64,000 nucleotides of DNA. Origin: Haliotis cracherodii. Lineage: Eukaryota. Below the pieces are notes generated by a model. It was given only the letters and a program-made list of their open reading frames with translations, ran no database searches and was not told the DNA's origin. Each line of letters opens with the position of its first letter. The stretch's first letter is position 1. This document shows positions 1 to 12,529 of the stretch, piece by piece. Where the stretch lies: contig NW_027266264.1 of assembly GCF_022045235.1 (NCBI RefSeq), positions 47,554,001 through 47,618,000 of the forward strand. The letters run 5' to 3'. The position numbers were made by a program, and so were the translations under genes.

Positions 1-242
1 TGTCCTTCCCGGATGGCGGAATACAAAATGCAGAGGTTGGGACCTCACTACAACCAGCCTAGCTTTAAATTTTTTATACACTTCACTGACAAAAGAGTAC
101 ACATGATTCTTTTCCCGAAAGATTTTTTTGCAAAACCCCTCCTCAAGCAGAACAGAGTCGATCTCTTTGGTCGGATTTAACGTAACTGTTGATGTCATTA
201 GTTCCTCAGACTCATCCCAGTGCAGACATGCAAGTAGTGGCC
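1..242 (-). CDS. Paralog G0 (partial, runs off left edge): N-terminal-domain exon of the VWA-MIB/HERC2-WWE family
   Basis: Not in the ORF track. After the acceptor ataacag at ~243 the minus frame is open to base 1: PLLACLHWDESEELMTSTVTLNPTKEIDSVLLEEGFCKKIFREKNHVYSFVSEVYKKFKARLVVVRSQPLHFVFRHPGRT. This matches G1 (LEWDE...KITGVRSQPFGLELVH), G2 (ARVVSVTLRPVTFVMRHPRR) and G3 (LHWED...). Confidence 0.8.
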
Positions 243-3200
243 CTGTTATAGGAACATCACAATATGTATCAACATGTAGGGTTTGCAGGAACATTAAAAG
301 TTTAAACATCAAATCGAACTTATCTCAGCCATTTTCTGACGAATCACAAGAATGATAAAACATGATAAATGAATTTATCCATGTATATCCTTTATAGATC
401 TGTATTTTTCTTTATGTAGGTTTCGATTTTAAATACACAAATTGTTCGATTAGCAGGCCCGTAAACCACTAGCTTTGTATCATTTAAACGGCCATTCCCC
501 ACATTTCCTCGTCTTTTTAATCATTGGTCAACCACCTTTCCCCCCTACACTAGATCATTCTAACCTACCCTTGTTTCATATCAAAATCGTTATTAGATCT
601 TTTTGTAAAATGAACTCCTCAGTTCCCGGAATCCGGATTATTCTCCCCCTAATACCATATATGTGTATCTAATAATCTCTTATTATACCTACTCTATTTC
701 TGATCGCTTGTATGTTCCTTCTGATGTTATTACTATCGTCATGCTCTGATATACAACATTCCTTTCTTGTCTATCTAACCTACTAGCTTTGCCTTGTATA
801 TCAGTGGCCAAGTGAATTTCTTCCCTAGGCTGTAGCTTCTTCCACCGGTCATTAACTATGAACTTTGTTAATTCTTAATATGTTTTTCCGACGCGTAGTC
901 TTCCTTATGCCTATGTTTTACTGTTTGCTTTGGGTTTCCCTTCAAATGTCTTATTATATATTTCTTTTTGTGTCTTACTGAATTGATAATTGCTGTAATT
1001 TCATGCCTATAAAACACTATGTTATAATGCTATGATCAAATTTACGTTTTGTTGTTATCTTGAAAAATGGTGTCCTTAACTTAACTTTTGTATGTTGTTG
1101 ATTATTGATGTATGTCTGCCGACAATGATAATATAAATTTATATATAGTTTCAGCCGATGCACTTCTACTTTCACTTTATTACTTAAACATGTGCAATGT
1201 ATGAGCTTCATATTACCTGTATGGGTGGAAGGTCTATTACATGTACCCACCTGCTTCACGAGAGCCTCCCTCAGAATACCCCTCGTTAAAAAAGCCATCC
1301 ACAACAATATGTGAGGGGTCATCTGTAATCACCCGCCCATTCAAAATACATCGAATATGTAGGTCAGCCATTGCAAACTACAAAGAAACAATCGTCACTG
1401 AATATCACAACCATACGATTTCTATTTTCACTTTGATACACGTTCGATTTCTGGTCAAATGTTCTCAAATCATTAGCGCATTACGAAACAAGGGAGGAAG
1501 GCGTACTTATCTGCACGTAGGCATTTCGTCTACCATGTTCCTGAACAGTTTTCAGTCGTATCCCCTAACTATCTAAATATAAACATGACATTGTAACCAT
1601 GACCTTGCTTCCTGACATTTCAGATTGGCGAGTTAGACTTCCCTTTCGGTTATCTTCCCTTAGTTGAATGTCTGGGAGCAGTTCGACTCTATATCTATAT
1701 CCATCTGTGTGTAAGTCTGTGTGCTGGATGTGTGTTGGTAATTTAAATCCTGATTTGTATTTTCATCCGTATAAGCGTATTGTCATTGCCAAGGGTACTA
1801 CACGTAGCCAGTGTTTCATACGTTTGTTTACATACATGTAAAGACTTGTTTGCAAAGCATGCCTAATAATGCAGTGTGCCCTCGTGTATCAATAGTCACA
1901 CTTCGTACGCTATATATATATAACAAGAACACCAATGAGAGACATGTATCAAAATTACAACTGTATTAAGGATAAGGATAAGTTTTATTCCATACTGAAT
2001 GGCCCCAGGCCCATAGTACAATTTTGTTTTCGGGAGTGGTTACAGTTATGTTTCACAGGTCATATTCTAATTAACGTAGCATGATACATGAACATTGATA
2101 GATTTTTTTAGAGTATTTTAATCAGTTGTTGACATGATCGATATAATTTTGTGTTGAGTGGGATGTACATAAAAAGGCAAATCAATATATTTGCTTCTTA
2201 GGTGGTGGTATTTTGGACAAACTGACAGAAAACGAAACTCATCTTCAATCATATTTAAATCACATTGCTCACATATTCTCAATTCTCTGGCTCTGTTCTG
2301 TTTCTATGTCTGCCTACTTCGAGCCTATGTCTATGAGAGTTGCATTTAAACTGTGTTCAACTTATTCTAAACCTTTTAAAATTGATATCAAACAAATAGT
2401 ATTCTGGGGAAATAGTTGTCTTACAAAACTTGTAATAATTGCATTTTTCTGAACTTAAAATTTTGGTGACCATTTTTGTAAGTAAATACCCTTGAGTCTT
2501 TGGCGTATAGATACTACAAACGAATTTGGATTGTTAGGTACACATCGATTATGTCAAAAATACCCACAGCCGCATTCATTTAATAACGACTTTACATCAT
2601 AAACCAAATTGCGGATTCCATGTTTTTCATATAATCACATTATATTATAACCTTTTCTAGGTAATCTATCATTACAACTGTATTGAATAATACATATTGC
2701 TTTATTCAAGTTAGATAATGTCCACCCCCGAGGTGGTTTCAAGATCTATAAGTAGACGTAAGGTTCGCTTGCCGTAGAGTTTTGCATTCTTACCATTACC
2801 TCCTTACCTACTTACAGGTATGTAGTCTAAGTAATTGTTTCCCTCGAATACACTGTGTTTTACTATGCTACACACACAAAAAAACGCACTTCAACAATTA
2901 AACTATATTTATTTTGGATAAACATTTCTCATATCAGTCAAAGAAATACTTCCATATATACATGGTATACCTGCTGACAACAACTATCTTATAAGAGTTC
3001 TACAGTAGGTATATATTTATGACTCAGTAAGCAAGAATATTAAAAAATGTCTCAATTTGCTTCAAATGCCATGTAAGAACGTCCATAATGAGATAATGAA
3101 GAGTGAGTGAGTGAGTAAGTTAAAGCCTTTTTAAACAATATTCCAGTTATATCCAGACGTGTCTGCTTAAGGTGGTACCACTTTGGAGAAACCCGGGAAC

Positions 3201-4020
3201 ACGGGTATGGTGCTGACACACCTAGAAACATTATAGAGGCGAAGCGGAATACCAACCCACAGTCATAGGTGTGTGTGATAACAGTTATTTTGTTGCTCAC
3301 AAGTTTGTATGTCATTACAAATGTTGTGAGGAGATCAACTAAATATCAAACCTTGCATGTTTTTTAGAATTATTAGACTTCATGATATTGTATTGCCACT
3401 AATAACCACTAAACAGATATCGCCCGGGAATTACTACAGCACATTTTTCTGACCGTGAGAGCATATGCGTCATATACGGATGAATGATATTTTTACAAGA
3501 AAACGTCTTTGGTTCTATTTCAGTGTGGATACTGTGGGTTCTGTACGATATGTCATGACAACAACATTCCAGACACTGGACGACAACCTGATCCACATCT
3601 ATAACATTGTCTGTTGTCCTTCATGTACTAGCAAAGTGACACTACTTCAATGACGATAAAGATCAGCTAATTGTGTCACACATCAGGAAATAAGTTGATT
3701 CACAATTCTATCTAGACAGATTTGGGGATCAATATTCACCACCAACGTCTTAGTGATTTGTTAATTGCAGTTCTCAAGAGACATATCTAAATGACTATTT
3801 TGATTGAATTCATAAAGTTTTCATGCTTATAATAACCTATATTTACATGATCATCACGCTTTAATATAGTCATAATCTCATCATTTTAATTATTAATGAC
3901 ATGACAAATACATAAATTGATATTAAAATGTACATGGTTCAATGAGTACTAAATAAGAATTAATACTTTTATAAAAACACTGAAATATATTCTTGAGTCC
4001 AATGAGTAAGGCAGCATGAT

Positions 4021-5641
4021 CTACACATCTCCCAGGTCGGTCTTACTCACACCTGCAAAAGAAGCCAAAGAATTATCGTCTGAGGTTATTTACGATTACT
4101 CTCCTAAAATTTCTTTACCTTTCCAAAGTTGATATATATCAATTGTTGCGGTCCGTAGGTGTCCGACTCATAAAACATTGAACCTCTCAATGTAAATTTG
4201 CCAAAAACATAAAATTGGCAATTTCAGAGTTAAATGTCAGTGTGAAAATCTAGTAGGTATCATTTATTAACAAGACACTGAAGCTTAGTAACGATTCTTT
4301 CATGAAACGGCGCAACCACTCACGTATTCTTCGCACTCTTCGCTTCGAGCTGCCATCGATACTTTTTTCTTGATAGTCTTTGAAGAGTACTCTGAAACTG
4401 TACCATATTTATTAGCATTGACATTGCAAACCCTTACTGTTAACAACATGATAAATATTAGCTTAGTTGTTTTCTATATTAAATCGAGAAAAGACATTAC
4501 TGATTGATTATACATACACTGTATTCAATACTAGACAAATTATTTGTTATATAATTTCGTCTGACGCTGTAGACACGAAAAGCTCATTGCCGGCCATAAC
4601 ACAGTACCAGTATACTATCTGCTAATAACTGGTAAATAGGTTTCTCCGAACCTCATTAAATGTTTTTAGGTCTGCTTTTCGACACATGTTGTGACAACAC
4701 TCATAAATCTTAGGAACATGCATCTATACCAATAGCCTGCAATATCTGGCAAATTGTTTTGTCCCGAAACGTAGTAATTGTTTTCAGATTTGTATTTCAA
4801 TACATTCTTTCACAACATACATACATCTTATGAATAGAATTTTTTACCAGTATCCTGATCATTACCTTGTGTTGTCTCTCTGTATAACACATGATCCTGT
4901 AGGGCGCCTCTGATATTCCTTCTCCAGTTTCATGATCTCTCGATCTCCATACAGTCGCCATTCATCTACCCCAGCCTCCCACTGCCACACCAACTGCGTC
5001 GCATCTGATTGCTCCACACTGGGTGCCCCTGCAATAGCTGTTAAAGAGATGAAACAGTCTGTCATTGATATTAGAAATGTCCCCCAAAGCAATATGGCTG
5101 TGACAAAGCTTCAATAAATACAGGATGGAGATGTTTACTTCGTGAATATAATACTAGTGTTATGTAGATATCAGTCTGCAAAATATCCATATACATAAAT
5201 GGTTATGGAAATGAAGCATTTACCGCCGTCTTGCAAATGTTGTTGGGGGGCAGCATCGGATTCATGGGAAGTCATTTCTGTCTGCGTCAGCTCCAGTAAG
5301 CAATCCGCCGGATCTCTGGTTTCATGGATGGAAGCAGATGTAGTATTAGTGTGCAAGATATGTGTGAATTGTGTCAACACATTCATGGGAATAAGCGCGT
5401 TATATCAGTCTTATACTAAATTGAAAATATGAACCGATGCCGAATTTTGTTTGAGAAGCTGCCAATCTAAACATATGACGTCTTAATATACCTGAGAGCC
5501 AGATCCAACTTGTCATTCTTCCCGAATCTGTATTCGTTGATGTGACCGTTTCGATTCCACCGGACCTACATAAATTATTTTTTGATATATAATTATACCA
5601 TGTTACTAATCTGTAATGAATAAAACATAAAAACCAGTACT

Positions 5642-5701
<60 letters not shown>

Positions 5702-6007
5702 AAATATTTCAACTATCATATATTTAAACTTTCCGTAAATTTATGTACAACAATTCCTTTAACAACTGTTACCTTAACTTTGCCCCGGTTGTTTTTGCGG
5801 ATGACAACCCCGAAGCCCCCCTTGCCTCCATCCTGGTCAGAATACTTGTCCCTCCAGTCTGGACCTGACAACAGACATTGGACATGAGAATACCGGCCGG
5901 GCAGCAGTTTTCTGGTATACATATTGGTTCATGCATACGTATTACTTTACTCAACGGCAGCAGTGAAAAACACAGTTGTCATCAATAAAATTGCTTGTAA
6001 TGACCTG

Positions 6008-6038
<31 letters not shown>

Positions 6039-6040
6039 TG

Positions 6041-6073
<33 letters not shown>

Positions 6074-9000
6074 CGGCGTAAAACCACACTTACTCATAGA
6101 GTAAGGACCAAACTGTACGAACGTAAGAGCTTTCAAAGTATCCATTTCTTCGTTTTGTTCACAAGGATGTGTCATAGGAGGCTACTCGATCACGACATGC
6201 CGTCAAACACTCTGACTTTATCCAATGCACGCAAAAACGCCGAGTTCAAGATTACAGTTTCTGAATGACCAGAAACAATGCTTCTCTACACCGTATGTAT
6301 TTGTGCTGGAGAATTGCCAGGGATGTGAAAGTAGTCCGTCAGTGTCAATGTCATTTCAAGAACAGAATTTGCTACAGTGAAACCACACTACGTATGTGTC
6401 GGCAAGTAAAAACTACAAAACCACTTCCATAATAATAGTAAATATCTGCTAAATATTTTTTACTCCAACTGTATTATAAGCATGTGTTTATGTATAACGT
6501 CAAAAAATGTGCCACGAGCGTCTGTTTCGCGGTCATGCGACAGGCCTCTTGTCCAGTGACAAAGCCGTGCGTCGTGTAAACTTATTATTAAGTTATATTA
6601 AAATATTTTAAAATGGCGTTTCTTTTCAGGTTAAATGTTTAACTAGTGATGTCATATCAACGTTCAAGATAGGGATGTACATGGGTATTGTTTCCATTTC
6701 ATCAAACAAAAAATACATTTCTTCACCTCTTGAAACCTCACATCCGATCTCTATCATCAGTCCCGATGCGGTTACCCTTGGTTGGTCGTGTACTAGGGTA
6801 AGATCCCTTGCGTTTTGATAACCATATCTGTATTGCTGACAACTGCCTTTGTCCCATGCAACCCACACCAGCTCTGTTACAACAAAGATATATCGCAACT
6901 TTCAAATATCGAATGAGGTACGATTGGTATTGATATTTTTACCATGATTTGTCATTAAGTTAACATTAAAATGGAATTCATTTCATTGTACACATTATGG
7001 CAGAGATAAACTTCACTTTTGTCCTCGTCGTCCCCCTCGGTGTGGTTGATGACTGTCCCCGGACCACCCGAATCCTGGTTACCCCATTTCCACTGTGGAC
7101 CTCGGACAACTCTAGACCCAAGCCGGGGTAGGCTCTCATCTTTGAATTCTACCACATTTCGAAAATTTTGGGTGAGATTCTCTGAAGAAAGGGCTAGTCT
7201 CTCAAGTCTCTCATCGATCTTTTTTTCAATAGCAGTAACGACAGTTCCCTGAAAAAAAAGTAGAGTACGTATGCATGTACCTTTTGTTTGCTTGTCTGTT
7301 GTTGAAAGCCGCACTCAGTTATATGATGTCGGTCTGTAAATAATCGACCAGACAATCCAGTGATTGACATAATGAGCATCGTTCTACGCAACTGGCATAC
7401 AATGACATGCATCACCCAAGTCATTGAGCCTGACCACGCGATCCCGTTAGTCGCCTCTTACGACAGATATAGTCGCCTTTTAGGGCGAGCATGGGTTGAT
7501 GAAGACCTGTTCAACCCCGGATCTTCACAGGTAACATGTATGTACATGTACGATCATGAGATGTTGCATGCATGTTAAAATGAAAATGTCTTATTTCTAA
7601 AATAGTTCGTCAAACAAACCTTGTCATCAGTGTCCAACTCATTGTCTATTCCGTCCACAATGGCAATGATGTCATCGGTATCGACTTCAGTTTCGTCCTC
7701 AGAAATCATCTTTTTCTTGATGACCATATAGGATTGTCCAATAATATTCTGCAAATATGTCAGGCATTAATCGTTTTTTAATTTAACTGTCTGATGAGTA
7801 GTACTACCCGTTATACCTATAAATATATCTACACATAAACTTCAACAAACAGTTTGCTTCATTGAAACAATACTGGATATTGCCTGCAACTAATGTTAAG
7901 CTACAAAGTTATAAGTATACAGTTTATAAAATGTATCAAAACATTGGTATGTTTTCAACCATTTAACGACGAGTTTAATTGTAGGGGGCTTTTGGAATAT
8001 TATATAACAAAACATCAACTTGTACTTTAAGAAATACCTGAATACGCTGGTACTTGCAAAGTTCACCAACATCTTCACGGTCTACCAGCGTACCGTTATC
8101 CATGTGTCCTAAGGTTTCTAGAAAATCCTGTAATTGACATGTAATACCTAAATTAAATAGTTTCCTCATAAAAAGGAAACATGACTGTTGTTTCGTGAAA
8201 CAAATTATTAACTTTTTTAGCAAGTTCTTCGTGTTTGAAATTTATTCAAAGGGGAAAGTATTGTGGTAAATTATTTTTTATTACATTTACTTGTATGCTG
8301 TCGATACATAGTGATATAGTGTCCATTTACATAATATTTATCACGATTTTACCTTTACTTCATAAAGTTTCTTTTTGGGATGAAAACCGACACTGATTCA
8401 GTTTACATTTGTTAAATGTTCCCTCGTTGAATAATCATTGTATAAGGTAAAATAAATATACGGTAACTATACCCTGTTCCCATTGCCAATAGGAACCCAG
8501 ACGAAAGAATTGGGGAATGCTGTCTCATTTTTCCTTTTTCCGAATTCTTCGATCAACCTGATAACTCGAACTTCTTCCTATGGAAATTTAGATATGTTTT
8601 GTTATCATGTTTCGATATTCCATCAACAAATTACCAAGGTATATTTAAAAGCGACAAAACCCTTTCTTTACCTATACGAAATCGCTGCTGAGCAATGCCT
8701 TTTACAATGACAACAAGAATTGTGCTGCATAAATACTTCTTGAATATTATGTTTACATACAATGCACATGTTTATGTTACTCCTGAAAGGCATACATGAA
8801 AATATTGCCATCAGTCTCACTGGTCGTACTAAAATGGATTTGCTGGCAACATGAAGTAACTGTTAGTACTCCTTGAGGTAAGAGACTCACATCACTTTCC
8901 ATATTCTCATCGTGTTCGGTCCTTCCAAGCTCATCAGCTGTACTTCCATCCGTAATGACGATTACTCTCGGTTGAACACGATTGACCCCCATGATGTCTA

Positions 9001-12000
9001 GATCACCACCTGTATATATTATATGGTTTCTAGAGAGTTTAACATGCACTGTTCTTGTCAATTTGTAACATTTTATCATAAACGATTTAATGGTGTTAAA
9101 ACAAAAGTTAAAGTACCTACCTCTTCCCAGAATGGCACAAAGGCAAACTAGAAGAGTTTCAAACATCCAGGAGCATCCACCAAGTTGTAGGTTGTCTGGA
9201 AAAGTAAATACCATGTTCGTATTAACTGTGAGGTCACTGAATGTTCACAACATAATTTCATGCTTTAATGATATGAAAAAGTGAATGAATCAAACACTGT
9301 ATAGATCGTCTTTTTAACTGCATAGATACTGACTAACCTATGACACTTCTCAGGCTTGAGTAGTCATTACTGAGATGATGGACAATGCGGGCGGGCCCCC
9401 CACATGACACGATAGCAATGTTCTCCTCCATCTCATAATCGGCGGCAGCATCTTCCACTCCTGCTCATAAAAATAGAGAATGAAGGTTTCATTACAAAAA
9501 GGGACAATATATTGAGCTATGTAAACCATTAAGATGAAGCGTTGTTTTGAGGCAGTTACCTTGATGCTACAATATAGTATGTGCACTGAATATTCCGTAT
9601 AATGATTACTCACCGTTTATGAAACTAAATGCAGTTTCCTTCATCTTTTTAAATCCGCTCTGTTTCATTGTGGCCGACGTGTCTAGACACAGGATGGTAT
9701 TCAGGCCTCTGGCAGTTGGGGGCATTGGAACATCTATGTACGAAAACCATACAAACATTATAGCTATACAGAAATATCATAAACTGTCACATTGTTGAAT
9801 GAATTTGTGAATAAGACAGGTAAGTGGTTTTGCAGTACTTTGTATTTTAAAAGATGTCAGCCTACCGTCCTTCATTGCAGATTCCACAGTGGCCACTAGT
9901 CTTCGGACACCAGCTGACGCTCCCTGAACACCATAGCGACTGAGGAAATGCCGCGCCCGACCTTAGAATTTAAAAGTATTTAAATTGATGGTAACATCGG
10001 TCTATTGCTTTTTTAAAATATTATTTACAAATTATCTTAGTGAACATGAAATAGAACCACTTACCAATGGGAGAATTGTAAGGGTGTTGTGATAGTGTTT
10101 GCGTGGGTGGCGAGTGTTACAGGTAGGGCAGGTCATGTTTACCATTGATTCGAACACCTGATGTCATCACTTATTTTCATTCATATGATTTTCCTGTCTA
10201 TTTTGCCTTTTTACGCCAAATGGAATCTGTTAAGTAAAGGCTTGACTCGGGATTCACGCGTGTAGCGTGTAAATGGTCACAAGAATAAAAGAGATATCAC
10301 TTACCCCCAGTGCAGCCTTCTAGTACTGATGAATGCAGTGATAAAGCCTCCACAGGTAAACTGGCTCGACAAAACGTTCACAACATTAGAATAAAACACA
10401 CTGGAACATTGAACATAAAATGAACCAATTAATCAAATTACATGACAAAATATATTGTCCTTAGTCGAAAACATTTTCAGAAGCAATAACCGTGTTGTTG
10501 TTTTGTAAAGATAATTACTTTCAAGATGATGCTACACTGAACCTATATTGAATATGTGCACGGTACCTTACCTCGCAGGTGGATTTTCAGAGTGACTATC
10601 CAGTGACTGGGATTCCGAGCAAGTTTTACTGCTTGAAGAGATGGATGACTCGAGAACAGACTGGACAACTGATGGGGGATTTTCTTGTTCAGCATCCTTC
10701 CCAGGCGACAGTGTTGATTTCAGGACAGACTGGCGTTCGAGGTGCAAGTCCTTCACTTCACTCGATAAGGAATAGTTTGCATGACTCTGTGTAGGTTCCT
10801 CCTCGTCAGAAAAGCAGTTATCATCATGAGACAGTTCCGACGTCAGGGACGGTAACAAAGTGTTATCTAGTTTGGGCTTGTCCATCCCCGAGGTTACTTC
10901 AAATGAACCAAGCATATGCTCTTCTTCACATCCCATGTCCTCTTCATGCTGCTGAACGCCTACGTTTATGACATTGTCATTACCATATTCTGCCTTAGTG
11001 TCATGTAGAAAAACCAGCGTCTCTTGGTGGGATCCTCCAGTTTCGTCAGAGATACCAATACCAATTCCATTGTGGTTTTTGTCAACTAAGTGCTGAACAG
11101 ACAGTGCCAGCTGCTTCACAGACTGCTTTAGTTCTTCATTAAAGGCCTTCTGCTCGTCAAACCGTTTTCTAACATCGACCTTTTGACGCTGTATGTCTTC
11201 CTCCAGTGAGCCGAAACGAACATCAATCTCAGAGTCTGAAAGCAGAATACTCCTGTCAATGTCAACTGAAGTCTATCACGTTTGAAAAAATCAGAAAGTT
11301 ACACGTTTAAATGGTTAGTTTTTATATACCACAGTGCAGGTTATGAGTGATGTTACCGTTGTATGAAGTGTCCAGTTTCTCAGGTTCTCCCAATGTCGAC
11401 CTGTTGGAACAAAAGTAAAGCATGAATGAAAGCAACGTCGATGCCATTACTTCAACGTTTTGCGTTTATTTGATACTATGCTGTTATCACGAAAAACACG
11501 TGCAATAAGGGAGTACAAAGAGATGTAGAGTTTGAGTGAACAGGCAATTTGCAACATCAGTATGAACAGGACATTAATGCAGTCTGGGTAAAATACAAAA
11601 GAGACATATTGTGACCTACTTTATGTCCTCTTCCTCTGACAAAATCATGACAGGCACATCTTCACTCTCAGTTTCCGATCCATATATGGTCATAGTATAT
11701 TCCATCTCTTCCGCTTGGAAACCCTGTTCATTGTCATGCGTGTGCAGAGTGAGATCAAGTGAGATATTCGTTTTAGTGCATTCCGAAAATACACCCTTTA
11801 AAACATTTTTGAGCTCACCAACTCGAGATGCTAAATTATCAAAGCCGTCTAGACTATAATGAACTAGTTCTAAACCAAACGGTTGACTTCGTACTCCTGT
11901 TATTTTAATTTGATATTCTTTGAATAATTTCGTTGCAAGTCTTCTTAGTGTTGTGAATCTATTTTCACACATCCCAAGGATAACGTTGATGAAATAATCC

Positions 12001-12529
12001 CCCCGTTCCTCGTGAAGGCATATCTCAGCAGTATAAGCAAATGTATTCTCTTGCGGATGTTCATCCCATTCCAGCGTGATGACAGTTTGATCATCTGAAA
12101 ATATATCCATCTCTTAACGTAGGATTTCAATGGAAAGGGTGTACACTGTAGTGTATCTACACTGTCTCAACATCACTTTATAACAACTAGAATGTGAATG
12201 TACACTACTCTGTTCATTTATTAGATTTCTTCTTAGATTGCCAGGCAAAGAATTAGAAACAAAATGTATATTTAATGCTTGGTATTACCATTAGTAGTTC
12301 TTCCATCTCGTAGTTGTTGCATTACACTTTCATCGAGAGAAATCTGCACAGTCTGAAAATCTTCACTTAAGGTCAACGATCTGGATCCTTTTATTTCATT
12401 GAATACCAGAGTCCCGTCAGGATCCCATGTGTCACGACTAGTTATGTGACCCATCTCCGTCATCTCCTGCAGCCGCTGCTTATGCTCCCGCTCATTCTTC
12501 TCCGAGTCAGGTTTCTTGCTTGCGTCCAT
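4021..12529 (-). CDS. Paralog G1: multi-exon N-domain/coiled-coil/IDR/VWA/2x MIB-HERC2/WWE protein
   Basis: GT-AG exons (approx.): 12529-12289, 12112-11620, 11400-11357, 11235-10572, 10360-10305, 9961-9866, 9733-9614 (TILCLDTSAT), 9460-9338 (EENIAIV..HHLSNDY), 9195-9121, 9009-8891 (PRVIVITDG), 8577-8473 (WVPIG), 8127-8038, 7748-7620, 7248-~7018 (LGSRVVRGPQWKWGNQDSGGPGTV), ~6872-6728, 5864-5773 (GPDWRDKYSDQDGGKGGFGVV), 5565-5492, ~5315-5224, ~5037-4866 (WQWEAGVDEWRLY..LEKEY), 4397-4324, 4052-4021 (TAG). Confidence 0.88.
5641..5699. repeat. (TA)n microsatellite
   Basis: Directly visible. Confidence 0.98.
6009..6070. repeat. (TATG)n microsatellite
   Basis: Directly visible. Confidence 0.98.

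Noticed and set aside
325-327. Premature TGA in G0
   Set aside because: An acceptor at ~243, positioned like the one in G3, bypasses it, so it does not show pseudogenisation.
5924-6268. ORFs over microsatellites or antisense to real exons (also 15390-15751, 18506-18748, 30393-30833, 46464-46685, 62427-62867)
   Set aside because: They are low-complexity or shadow frames with no independent coding signal.
10065-10157. 93-nt candidate poison exon in G1 with an in-frame TAA
   Set aside because: The acceptor is weak, the segment overlaps a dispersed repeat also seen at ~31270, and the flanking exons join in phase without it.
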